This document shows, piece by piece, positions 38,270 through 49,646 of a stretch of DNA of 64,000 bases. The first letter of the stretch is position 1, and every line of letters begins with the position of its first letter. The notes under the pieces were generated by a model that saw only the letters and a list, made by a program, of their open reading frames with translations, made no database searches and was not told the DNA's origin. The stretch is from Leucoraja erinacea. Its lineage: Eukaryota. Position numbers and translations under genes: made by a program. The stretch is taken from positions 1 to 64,000 of the forward strand of contig NC_073393.1 of the NCBI RefSeq assembly GCF_028641065.1, given 5' to 3'.

Positions 38270-41200
38270 ATGCCCAGGAAAAGGTGTGTGAATGCCCATG
38301 TAACCGTGCCCCAGCCTGTGCTGTGAATTGCCATGGGTTTAAAGCCTTTTATTTTCAATTCAACTTTCAGTGCAAGAACAGAAGAACATTCAACAAAGCC
38401 AGCCAAACCTGACGAGGTACTGCGACCCAGAAAGCGAAAGATATCCGCTGCAATTGTGAGTTTACCTGCACACCAGTGTGACATAGCCCAGTAGTGTGTG
38501 ACATAAAACTCTGACTTTGGTAATCTGTATCCTTTGATCGTAGTGTGTGCAAGATTTGGATAAAATTACTGAAGAATGGGCAGTGAAACCATTTGAAGAT
38601 AAGGTATGCCATGTTTGATATCGAAATGCCAATTTCTGAAGAAGGGCTCTGACCTGAAACATCACCTACTTTTTTTTTCAGAAATGCTGCCTGATCTGCT
38701 GTGTTGCACCAGCATTTTGTGTCTATCCTACTAATTTCTCTAGCTGCAAATACTGAACAATCTGCTCCTATAAAGGCAGGACACTGTCCTTTCACCATTT
38801 TGCATAAACTGGATTTTATTGTGGCATTTAATTTTATTTTGCCTGTATGCATCAGCCTAGATCTTCTGGGACCTTGAGGGTTAAGTTCTTATAGTTGCCC
38901 AACTTGCTGAGTTTCTCCAACATTATTTTTGCTCAAAATCCCAGCATCTGCAGTTCCTAATCTTGGATCTATTTGGGTTTCTAATCTAGGAACAATGGTT
39001 AGGAACTGGAGATGAAGACTTTGAGCATTGTTCCTAATCTAATTAATAGAAATTAATGAAGCTAAATTTCCTAGGCAATTCATTCCTTTCCTACAATCCT
39101 GAATTATTATTTCCTATTTGCATCGCCTATTCCTTCTCTCCATAGATGCTGCTACACCCGCTGAGTTTCTCCAGCATTTTATTTCTACCTTCAGGATAAT
39201 TATTGTTCACTGTTGCAGGCTTTCACATGTTCCACATTCCCAACACTTGCGTAGCCTCATCATGGAATGACATGGATAGTTTAGACAGCAATGTGCCTTC
39301 CCCAAATGTCATCAGTTCACATAGCAGTTGCTCGAATAGCAATCACCGGTTTCATTGTCCCTTCTATTGTCCCCTCCTGTTGGCTCTTTGATTAAATTTA
39401 GAATACTTCAGAGATTCTTCAGCTGGTTGAAATGGAACTCTCATCAGATGTTTGCGTGGCTTCTGAGTAACGTAATCACGTTTTAGCTTGCAGGCAATCG
39501 GGAGCATTTTGTCACTACAATGGTTGAAATGACTGTCAGCACTTCACCGGTCAGAGTTGAGACTTTCTTAAGGCAGTTATAAAATCAATAATACTGCTAA
39601 AGACAGACAAAAAAAGCTGGAGTAACTCAACGGGACAGGCAGCTTCTCTGGAGGGAAGGAATGGGTGACGTGTTGGGTCGAGACCCTGCTTCAGATTCGA
39701 CCCGAAACGTCACCCATTCCGTCTCTCCAGAGATGCTGCCTGTCCAGCTGAGTTACTCCAGCTTTTTGTGTCTACCTTCGGTTGAAACCAGCATCTGCAG
39801 TTCCTTCTTACACAATAATACTGCTGTACCATTTCACCCCTGTGACAGTGAAAGGTGATGTTTTGGGGGACACGGCAAAGCAGGATCTTGACTTTTCCAT
39901 CATAAAATGGATTTGTGCCTACTACCAGGAAAAAAAACCGATGTGTATGCAAAAACAAAGAATTTCACTGTACCGTCATGGCACATGTGACAATAAAGTA
40001 TCTATATTTTGCATTTGCAAAATTGACTTTAATTGCAGGATTGTTGGAAAATTAACACCAACTGCGTGAGTCCATACAGATTCATTTCATCGCGGAAAAA
40101 TCCAGATGGCAACATTACAGCGTACTCGACAAGTAATTGCAAATTCAAAAGTGTATTGGTCACCCCAGCTAGAGCTTCACCATTACCAGCCTTGTGGTGA
40201 GTTTATTTACGTGCACTGTACAATTGTACATATTCCAAGTTATCTATTATCCATGTTACCAGATAATACATTATCATTGTATTTTTGAAATATAAACAGC
40301 TGGGCCAATGGAGATGATGTATGGAATGTTCTTCTGAAAAAGGAACAGATGTATCTGAGGGACAAAGATTTTTTCCAAAAACACCCACTCTTGCAACCAA
40401 AGATGAGGACAATTCTTTTGGACTGGCTAATGGAGGTAAGGGCTCCCTCCACGTGGAGAATTTGTTATCATGGTTTGATTTTCATTTCAACAAACACGTG
40501 AATCTGTCTTGGGAAAGGTGTTTTCAGTCAAATTCTAAAGCCATTGTTGTGTTATTTGTGGATGTTGGCAAAGCTCATTGCTTGTTTCTAGTTGTCCTTT
40601 AACCTGTTCAGTGCCACCCCTGAGTATACTCTAGTCATGGCCAATAGTGGGGGGGAAAACATGGCATGTAAACAGGTTAAAGTTGGGTCAGCAAGCAGTT
40701 GCTCTAGTCCTTGTTGGAACATTAGAGTTTTGATCTACGTGAATAAAGTCCATGTTAGGATGGTTGTGTGAATTGTAAATAGTTTTTTTTTTTTTTTTTT
40801 TTTTTATTAGAAGTTAATACAGCACAAAACAGTACAGTGGAACCTAATTTTAGGTGCCAACTATGTAATACCGTAATCCATTCTATGTACAACCTCTAGT
40901 TTTATGTTATGAGAAGGAAGTAAGCAAGACAAGAAAAAGAAAACAATAGAAAGAGGAAAAAGTGGAAAAATAGATGGTAGAGAGTAGAAAAACGTGAAGT
41001 GTGTATATAAAAAATAAAAAAGGAAGAGAGAAAGTGGAAAGTAGAAATAGAAGAGAAGGCCCCTTAAAAGAGAATTTTTCAAATCTGTATTCGGAGATGT
41101 AGATCTATCCGCGTCATGAACTGAAATCAGCAATCTTTACGGTACCGCTGCATCACATGATTCCAAAAAGTCGATGAAAGGAGACCAACTCCTTAAGAAT

Positions 41201-44200
41201 TGGTCATATTTATCTATTAGTCGGAGTCTCATTTCTTCAAGGCGTGCTATGTCCATCATATTCCTAATCCGCATTTTAATAGTTGGTATGGTTGTATTTT
41301 TCCAAAATTTAAGTATCAATTTCTTTCCAATTATTAACCCATAATTTAAAAAAAACATTTTGATCTTTATTTAAATTGGTATCTTCTCCTATTATTCCAA
41401 ATATAATCCATTCCGTTTTGGGTTCTATTCTTGACTTGAAAAGCTTTGTAAATATATCAAATATATCACTCCAAAATTTATTCAACTTTGTACATCCTAC
41501 AAATGAATGTGTTATATTAGCGTTTTGAAACAAACATTTATCGCATCTGGGAGAGACGTTTGGATAAAATTTATTCAACCTCGTTTTTGAATAATATAGT
41601 CTATGTAATAATTTGAATTGAATTAAATTATGTCTTGCATTAATAGAACAGTTATGTGTATTCATCAAATACTTTTCCCATCTATCCTTCGGGATCTTTA
41701 TCATTAGCTCATGTTCCCAATCTTCCCTTAATGCTTCTGTTGAGGGTGATTCTCTATTTAATATATTATTATAAAAGTATGATATTAATTTTTGTGAATC
41801 AGCCTTAATATTCATTGCTTCTTCTAAAGGATCTAAAAATATAGTTTGAAATCTATGTGTATATTTCTTCATAAAGTCACATACCTGTATATATTTAAAA
41901 TATTGATTATCCTTCAATTTAAATTTTTATTTTAATTGTTGAAATGATAACAGTTTGCCCACTTCATACATATCCCCTACTTTCCTAATCCCCAGTCTAT
42001 CCCATTGTTGATATGTGTTGTCGATGAAAGAAGGTTTGAATGCGGGGTTGTTCAATAGTGGGGTTAGTACTGATAAATTATTTAATTTCAAGGATACTTT
42101 TATTTGTTTCCAAATTCTTATTATATTGTGAATAATTGGGTTCTTCTTATATATTATACTATTCAATTTTATCGGTGAGAGCAGGATCGTTCCTATATCG
42201 TGCGGATAGCACTCCTCTTTCTCCATTCTTATCCACTCCAACTGCTGAGTGGAACTATCCAGCCAGTACATTATGTTCTTAATATGCACTGCCCAGTAGT
42301 AATACATAAAGTTAGGTAATGATAAACCCCCAACTTCTTTAGATTTGCACAAATGCTTTCGTTGAATTCTATGTGTTCTGTAGTCCCATATAAAATTAGT
42401 GATAGTGGAATCTAGTTTTTTGAAAAAATATTTTGGAATATATATTGGGATCGCTTGAAACAAATATATTAATTGTGGTAAGAAAGTCATTTTTATAGCG
42501 TTAATTCTACCTATCAATGAGAGCGGAAGCGTTTTCCAAAATTTAATCGTATCATTCAGTTTATTTAATAGTGGTATAAAATTGGCACTAAATAATGATT
42601 TGCGTCTTCTCGTAATTTGAATACCCAGATACTTGAATTTTTCTGTTGCAATTTTGAAGGGGAATTTTAGTAAGTGTCTCGAATCCTGTGGTTTTAAAGG
42701 ATGGTTGTGTGAATAATTCAAGAATGATAGTTACAATATAAAAGTAGACTTGAGTCCTCCAAGCAGGAGGTGAGAAATTTGGGAAAGGCTAAATATTGGA
42801 AAAATAAGTTGTCATCCAGCTGTCTGTGGAGAGTTGATAACCCACTGAAAACCGGAAAGAGTGAATGGTATAATTGTCCAGAGAGAAGAGCCAAGAGTGT
42901 TTTATTGTCATGTGTCCCAGATAGAACAATGGAATTCTTGCTTGCTGCAGCACAACAGAATATGTAAACATAGTACATCACGGGAGAAAAAAAGTCTAGT
43001 GTGTGTGTATATCCACGCACCCATACTCAATAAATATAGTGCAATAATAATAATAGTCTGTTGTATTTCAGAGCTTTTTTTGATGTTGTGTTTAATAGCC
43101 TGATGGCTGTAGGAAAAAAGCTGGTCCTGAACCTGGACATTACAGTTTTCAGGCTCCGTTCTTCCCAATGGCAACGGTGAAATGAGTGTGTGGCCAGGAT
43201 GGTGTGGTCTTTGATGATGTTGGCAGCCTTTTTGAGGCAGCGACTTCGATATATCCCTTCGATGGTGGGGAGGTCATGGCCTGGGCAGTGGTCACAACTT
43301 TTTGCAGTCTTTTCCGCTCCTGGACGTTCAAGTTTCCGAAACAGGCCACGATGCAACCAGTCAGTATGCTCTCCACTGTATGCTCTCCACATACTGAGAG
43401 GGGAATTGTACACGGCCTTTCATTATTGGTTTGCAGGAATGCTTTTACAAATTTAAGAAATAACTAGAAGCAGTTGTAATGGAAACATGTTAACTTCGAT
43501 TTTTTTTTTTTAAACTATTGGAAAGGTTTGTGATGTCTACAAGCTACAAAGAGAGACGTTTTATTTAGCACAAGACTACTTCGATAGGTTTATGGCAACA
43601 CAGAACAACGTTGTGAAGACCCGATTACAGCTTATTGGAATCTCAACTTTATTTATTGCTGCAAAGCTGGAGGTACGGAAACATTTACAAGCAAGTGAAG
43701 TATAGTATCTATTTCCAAGTAACAACAGAACACTTCATTCTACCACTTTTGCAGGAAATCTACCCACCCAAGTTGCACCAGTTTGCATCTGTAACTGACG
43801 GGGCTTGCACCGAAGAAGAAATTCTTGACATGGAACTTGTTATTTTGAAGGTAAAATTAAAAGTATTATAAAATTAAAGTATTTCAAATAATGACTAATA
43901 TACAAATTGGCTGAAGAAATAGAATACACGGTTTTGTATCACCTTGAATGGAAAGACATTAAAAATTATCTCTGTTCAAGAAGGAACTGCAGATGCTGGA
44001 AAATCGAAGGTAGACAAAAGTGCTGGAGAAACTCAGCGGGTGCGGTAGCAGCTATGGTGTGAAGGAAATAGGTGATGTTTCGGGTCTCGACCCTTCTTCA
44101 GACTGATGTCGGGGGGGGGGGGTCTCGACCCGAAACGTTGCCTTTTCCTTCGCTCCATAGATGCTGCCTCACCCGCTGAGTTTCTCCAGCATTTTTGCCT

Positions 44201-46970
44201 ACCTTCCAAAGTATTTACAAATGCTGCCAGTTGAGCTGAATTGTATACAACAGTTTATCCAATGTTTTCTCATTATTCTAGGCTCTCAAATGGAGTTTGT
44301 GTCCTGTCACAGTTGTGTCTTGGCTTAACATCTACATGCAAGTTGCTTATTTGAAGGAAATGTATGAAGTATTGGTACCACAGTACCCCCAGGAAATATT
44401 TATTAAAGTAATGGAGGTAAAAGCATCTTGAATCATTTGTTTTAAGTTGATAACCTACTGAAATGTTCTGCCTCAGAACGCAGCGGAGGCCAGTTCTCTG
44501 GAAAGTTTCAAGAGAGTTAGATAGGGCTCTTGAAGATAGTGGAGTCAGAAGATATGGGGAGAAGGCAGCAACGGGATACTGATTGTGGATGATCAGCCAT
44601 GATCACATTGAATGGTGGTGCTGGTTTGAAGGGCTGTATGGCCTACTCCTGCACCTATTGTCTATTGTTGACAAATCCCGGGTCAGTAATATCTCAATTT
44701 GGCATCTGTGGCTCAAACAACAAATTACAGTAAAAATCAACATTTTTCATGGGTTTCTGAAGAAGCAAGTAGAACAAAATTACTGCAGGACTGTCCGAGT
44801 CAAAACCATCATCAAGAATGCAGAGGTTACATACTATTGGAAAAAGCATCTTGCTCTACCTTTGTACACGTGACAATAAACTAAACTAGAAACAAGTTTC
44901 ATCCTGAATGACGTTGGAATTTTAAATGTATATTTTTAAAGAATGCATTCAAATAACTTTGTCCCCAATTGTGAAGAATCTTGGAGATGTGCAGTATTGC
45001 ATGGACTTTCACCTGACTGCAGGAAATACTAGGCTAGGTTTCCATAGATCCCTGTACATGCACAGAATGGAATTGGCTTAACCACTTCAACGGACTGGTG
45101 TTTGTAGGGGTTGTGGAGGTGGTGCAAGGAATATTCTTATCCTCGACCCAAAACGTTGCCTATTCTTTCGCTCCATAGATGCTGCCTCACCAGCTGAGCT
45201 TTTTTGTCTTCCTTCTTAAATAACCAGTCTCTTCTGCTTTTGAAGGTATTGCATTAATAACAGCCAAACTTCTTTGTTCTCTCCATAGCTGTTGGATCTC
45301 TGTGTCTTAGACCTCAAGTGTTTGAAGTTCCTTTATGGAGTTGTGGCAGCTTCAGCTTTGTATTTCTTTTCTTCCTGTGACTTGGTTCACAAAGTATCAG
45401 GTAGGATTCTTACTAGCATGCAACAAACTCTTTTCACTGCACCTAGGTACATGTGACAATAAACTTAAACTAAACTGTATAATGTACATTTATTTCAATT
45501 AACAATCTAATTAATGTTTAGGTTTTGAATGGAGTGAAATAGAAGGATGTGTAAAATGGATGATTCCTTTTGCCATGACCTTAAGGGAAGCAGGAAGCAT
45601 AAAACAGAGGAATTGGAAAGGCATCTACCCTGAGGATATGCACAATATACAGCCGCACTACAACTATTTGATATTATTGGTAGGTATTGCATGCACACAG
45701 GACTAGACATGTTATAACTGTTAACTTGCACCTATTGGTACAAAATGAAAGGCGGGGGGGGGGGGGGGGGGGGGGGGGGTGAATGGAACATGCGACATCT
45801 ATGGAGATCATGGATACTGATCAGTCTGAAGAAGGGAATCGACCCAAAACGTCGCCTATTCCTTCTCTCCATAGATGCTGCCTCACCCACTGAGTTTCTC
45901 GAGCATTTTTGTCTACCTTTGATTTTTCCAGCATCTGCAGTTCTTTCTTAAACAGTTAGGTCTTTAGCCTAAGGTACACAAAAATGCTGGAGAAACTCAG
46001 CGGGTGCAGCAGCATCTATGGAGCAAAGGAAATAGGCAACATTTCGGGCCGAAACCCTTCTTCAGGCTTTTAATCTTTAGTCTATTTCTGATCAATCCTG
46101 TAAATATTCAAGTGGTTGGATGAATTATTTGGGTGACACTTGGTGCATTTATCCTGTGCTAATGATGATAACATGGTCAGACACTGAAATGTCACTAAAG
46201 AGGCATGTCACAGTTTGGCTACTCACCACGTGATTGAAGAGGAGGCATGCTGTGTCATAGACCTGAACAATATTTATCATTGGCATCACTGGAAATATCA
46301 CCTGCAGGCTTCTGCTGGATCTTGCAGCTGTAATTTGGCTGTATTCCTTTGTTTTACAATAATGATTAAACTCAAGTATTTCATTAAAGTATTGAAATTA
46401 TAAAAAGCAAGCACCACCAAGGTAACATCTGCAAACTGTTAAAGGTATTCCCTCTTGTTGAATTGAAATACAGCAAATCTTAGATCTTTCACATCATAAG
46501 ACAAAGAGCAGAATTGGGCCACTCAGCCCATCGAGCCTGCTCTGCTCATCTATTTTTCCCTCTTAACCCCATTCTCCTTCCTTCTCCCTGTAACCTTTGG
46601 TCTCTTACTAATCAAAAACCTATCAATCACTGTTTAACAAATACCCAATGACTTGGTCTCCACCATCAGCAGTGGCAATGAATTTCACATTCACCACCTT
46701 CTGCCCAAAGAAATTCCTCCTCCTCTCTATTCTCAAGGTACATCCTTTTATTCTGAGTTTGTGCCCCTCGGGTCCTAGACTTTTCCACTGGGGGAAATAA
46801 AATAATTGTTTCCAGTTCACCTAATTAGCTAATACTTTGCATTATTTCTAAAGGACAAAGCTCATTCGAAGCAGGTGCTGCTACTGGAGCAAAGTTCACC
46901 TGCATTGCCAGGTCTTTTAACCCCACCACAAAGCGGCAAGAAGCAGAACTACGGGTGTGGCTCCTTGTGA
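38270..46970 (+). CDS. CCNE1: G1/S-specific cyclin E1, 405 aa; exons 38270-38283, 38371-38455, 38544-38603, 40039-40196, 40300-40435, 43526-43672, 43755-43850, 44282-44416, 45289-45400, 45522-45679, 46854-46970
   Basis: MPRKS..RPRKRK N-terminus; SPLPALCWAN; [41 protein letters not shown]; [34 protein letters not shown]; C-terminal [12 protein letters not shown]. All introns GT-AG with matching phases, 1218 nt in total; located between C19orf12 and URI1. Confidence 0.96.
38371..38455 (+). CDS. CCNE1: CCNE1 exon ([28 protein letters not shown])
   Basis: TTTCAG / GTGAGT flanks; RKRK NLS-like motif. Confidence 0.88.
38544..38603 (+). CDS. CCNE1: CCNE1 exon ([20 protein letters not shown])
   Basis: TAG / GTATGC flanks, phase 0-0. 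Confidence 0.8.
40039..40196 (+). CDS. CCNE1: CCNE1 exon (DCWKIN...[11 protein letters not shown])
   Basis: TTGCAG / GTGAGT flanks; SPLP motif. Confidence 0.88.
40300..40435 (+). CDS. CCNE1: CCNE1 exon (WANGDDVW...[11 protein letters not shown])
   Basis: Start of cyclin box; GTAAG donor. Confidence 0.95.
40774..42697 (-). mobile_element. 5'-truncated L1-clade LINE (3' part of ORF2) antisense in a CCNE1 intron
   Basis: [26 protein letters not shown]-terminal CxxC..HxF..C; poly(A) tail (T-run 40783-40805); 17-bp TSD AGGATGGTTGTGTGAAT at 40757-40773 and 42698-42714. Confidence 0.92.
42890..43380 (-). mobile_element. Rex1/Babar 3' fragment
   Basis: [24 protein letters not shown]; [16 protein letters not shown]. 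Confidence 0.85.
43526..43672 (+). CDS. CCNE1: CCNE1 exon ([23 protein letters not shown]...AAKLE)
   Basis: Cyclin box; AG/GT flanks. Confidence 0.95.
43755..43850 (+). CDS. CCNE1: CCNE1 exon ([32 protein letters not shown])
   Basis: Cyclin box; AG/GT flanks. Confidence 0.95.
44282..44416 (+). CDS. CCNE1: CCNE1 exon ([23 protein letters not shown]...[13 protein letters not shown])
   Basis: AG/GT flanks, phase 0. Confidence 0.94.
45289..45400 (+). CDS. CCNE1: CCNE1 exon ([29 protein letters not shown]...)
   Basis: AG/GT flanks. Confidence 0.94.
45522..45679 (+). CDS. CCNE1: CCNE1 exon ([19 protein letters not shown]...EDMHNIQPH)
   Basis: AG/GT flanks. Confidence 0.93.
46854..46970 (+). CDS. 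CCNE1: CCNE1 last coding exon with the Fbw7 phosphodegron LLTPPQSG
   Basis: [38 protein letters not shown]. Confidence 0.94.
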   Translation, partial: DKAHSKQVLLLEQSSPALPGLLTPPQSGKKQNYGCGSL

Positions 46971-47324
46971 AGCCGAATTCAACAATGACATGGAGTGGTT
47001 GAATGTTTCATGCTTAGGAATCCAAATGCGAATATGCTGTAATGCAAGACCAGGTGGGACTTGATTTGTGTGATATTGAAAGTTGAACGCGGCCAGGAAT
47101 TGGACTTGCATTCTTCCAGTGGCTGTGTCACGTAATTCTGGATGTTAAAGATAAATTATTTGTTTTTAATATTGACCTTGTCGCCAAAAACTCCAACCAA
47201 ATAAGGAGTACTTTTGAGTAATCCTTTAAGCTGCTATGGAGGGTGGCTCTGATAAATGATCAGTAAGGTTATAATATTGATTTATAAAATTGTTTATGAA
47301 CTTTAAGCTGCTATGTTTATTTCA

Positions 47325-47330
47325 AATAAA
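47325..47330 (+). terminator. Probable CCNE1 polyadenylation signal
   Basis: AATAAA about 355 nt after the stop, followed by a T-rich tract. Confidence 0.55.
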
Positions 47331-47869
47331 GGTACATCTACACTCTTCGCCCTTTGTTTCATCTCTATCGATTGAAAAGGCAGCTGGCTGCACAGACAAA
47401 GGGATGCAAGTTTAAGTTCTACCCAAATAATGAGTGGTCAAGTGGCAGCAGTGTATGGGCTTTTTAGCACCACGTGTGCTCATGATAGGATTAGAATTAG
47501 GCCATTTGGCCCGCCATTCAATCATGATTTATCTTTCCCACTCAACCCCATTCTCCCCATAACCCCTGCCACCCCAGGTACCAGCCATGCATCGCCCCCT
47601 CCCCACACTCCATGCACCTCCCACGCTGGTTATATCCCACACTCTGCATTTCACGCCTGATTATACCCCATGCTCTACCCTCCCCACCCTCCTCCATGCC
47701 CCTTCTCCACTCCTCCTGGTCACCCTGCCACCCCCACTCTCTGCTTTATTTCTGGGAACTGGTCACCATGTGCGGTCTGTACCCCACCCCTCCACACCAC
47801 ATGTGTAGGAAGGAGCTGCAGATGCTGGTTTATACCAAAGGTAGATACAATCTGCTGGAGTAACTCGGG

Positions 47870-48575
47870 CCTGGTGCTCATCTCTGGGGGTCATGGTACA
47901 AGGATAAGTAGGGAAACTCTCTTAAATCCAAACTCTAGCGTAAACTGAGACTTTTTAAACGCTGTACTTACCGATCCAGCGTAGCCAGCAGAGATGAACA
48001 GAGAGCGCCGTGGCAACAAACAATGGGAGCGTGGCTCCAAGGAAAACCCGGAGAAAACATCGGGGTAAGCGGGGGAGATTCGGAATAGGCTGAGAGCCCA
48101 AGCCTTTCGTCCTCCTCTGCCCAGCATTCTTCTGGCGAACGTCCACTCCCTGGAAAACACGCTGGATATAAAGGTCTACAACACCCTCTGCCTGACCAAA
48201 ACATGGCTGACCTCGCTGATTCCGGATCAGGTAATCTGCCCAACCGAGTCCTTCACTGTCCACCGTGCTGACAGAACAGAAGCATCTGGGAAATCCAAGG
48301 GTGGAGGAGTCTGCTTCATAACCAATAACAACTGGTGCAACCCTGGAAATATTAAGATGCTTTCACATTCCTGCTCCCCAGACCTGGAACACCTGACGAT
48401 CTCATGCCGCCCATTCTACCTTCCCCGGGAGTTCGGTTCAGTGATCGTCACAGCCGTCTACATTCCACTGCATGCGGACACCGACGTGGCACTATTGACC
48501 CTACACGATGTGCTATTGTCGACATCAAAACAAGAATCCAGATGCGGCTATGGTGGTGGCTGGAGATTTTAATAA
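47870..48575 (+). mobile_element. Rex1/Babar 5'/endonuclease fragment
   Basis: PPLPSILLANVHSLEN; GGGVCF; CRPFYLPREFGSVIVTAVYIP. Confidence 0.8.
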
Positions 48576-48579
48576 ATCA

Positions 48580-48823
48580 ATATGAGGGGGAACTTCTTTA
48601 CGCAGAGAGTGGTGGCGGTGTGGAATGAGCTCCCAGTGGAAGTGGTGGAGGCAGGTTCATTGGTATCATTTAAAAATAAATTGGATAGGCATATGGATGA
48701 GAAGGGAATGGAGGGTTATAGTACGAGTGCAGGCAGGTGGGACTAAGGGGAAAAAAATTTGTTCGGCACGGACTTGTAGGGCCGAGATGGCCTGTTTCCG
48801 TGCTGTAATTGTTATATGGTTAT
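48580..48823 (+). mobile_element. CR1 3' end nearly identical to that of the 32030-36500 element
   Basis: Near-identical to about 36257-36500. Confidence 0.9.
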
Positions 48824-48842
48824 GCCGAACTGTTGCCCCTCA

Positions 48843-49262
48843 GACCACGTGCCCCCCCCCCCCCCCCCTCACTGGGACCACGTGCCCCCCCCCCCCCCAC
48901 CACGTGCCCCCCCCCACCCCCACTGGGACCACGTGCCCCCCCCACTGGGACCACGTGCCCCCCTCCACAGCACGCACTTCCCACCACGTGCCCCCCCCCC
49001 CACTGGGACCACGTGCCCCCCCCCCCCCACTGGGACCACGTGCCCCCCTCCACAGCACGCACTTCCCACCACGTGGCCCCCCCCCCCCCACTGGGACCAC
49101 GTGGCCCCCCCCCCCCCCCCCTGGGACCACGTGCCCCCCCCCCCCACGTGCCCCTGGGACCACGTGCCCCCCCCCCCCCCCCCCCACTGGGACCACGTGC
49201 TGGGACCACGTGCCCCCCCCCCCCCCACTGGGACCACGTGCCCCCCCAATTGTGACCACGTG
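48843..49262. repeat. Minisatellite (CACTGGGACCACGTGCCCCC)n directly upstream of URI1
   Basis: Tandem units each containing CACGTG. Confidence 0.95.
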
Positions 49263-49320
49263 CGGCAGTAGACAGTGCGCATGCGGGCGCGGGGCAAGAT
49301 GGCGGTGGTAGTGAGGTGCT
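49261..49320 (+). promoter_or_regulatory. URI1 core promoter with NRF1 and YY1 motifs
   Basis: TGCGCATGCG at 49276-49285 and CAAGATGGCGG at 49295-49305, at the start of a CpG island. Confidence 0.7.
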
Positions 49321-49562
49321 GAGGGCGGGCGGGAGAGAGAGTGAGAGTGAGAGAGACGGAGAGAGGGGGAGCCGGCAGGAGGACGATGCGAGTGTGAGAT
49401 GTCCGCCGTTGCTGCTGCCGTTGCTGCTGCTGCCGCCGGGGAGGAGTCGCGGATGAGAAGCGCCGCCGCCGTTGTTGCCGTCGTGTGTGCGAGGAGAGCG
49501 CGGCTCCGCGGCCACACGCACAAACACTTCTATAGGACTGCCTGTTGTTGAGGCCGCGGGAC

Positions 49563-49646
49563 ATGGCCGCTCCGCCGCCGCCGCCCACACCAGCACCTGC
49601 ACCCGGCCCACACGCCCGCTCCCGGCTCCGGGCCGAGCACGCCAAG
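49563..49646 (+). CDS. URI1: URI1 coding exon 1
   Basis: GACATGG Kozak context; AAG|GTAAAG donor. Confidence 0.85.

Noticed and set aside
40300-40435. MRTIL instead of the canonical MRAIL cyclin motif
   Set aside because: Conservative variant that I recall in other non-mammalian cyclin E proteins; not considered unusual
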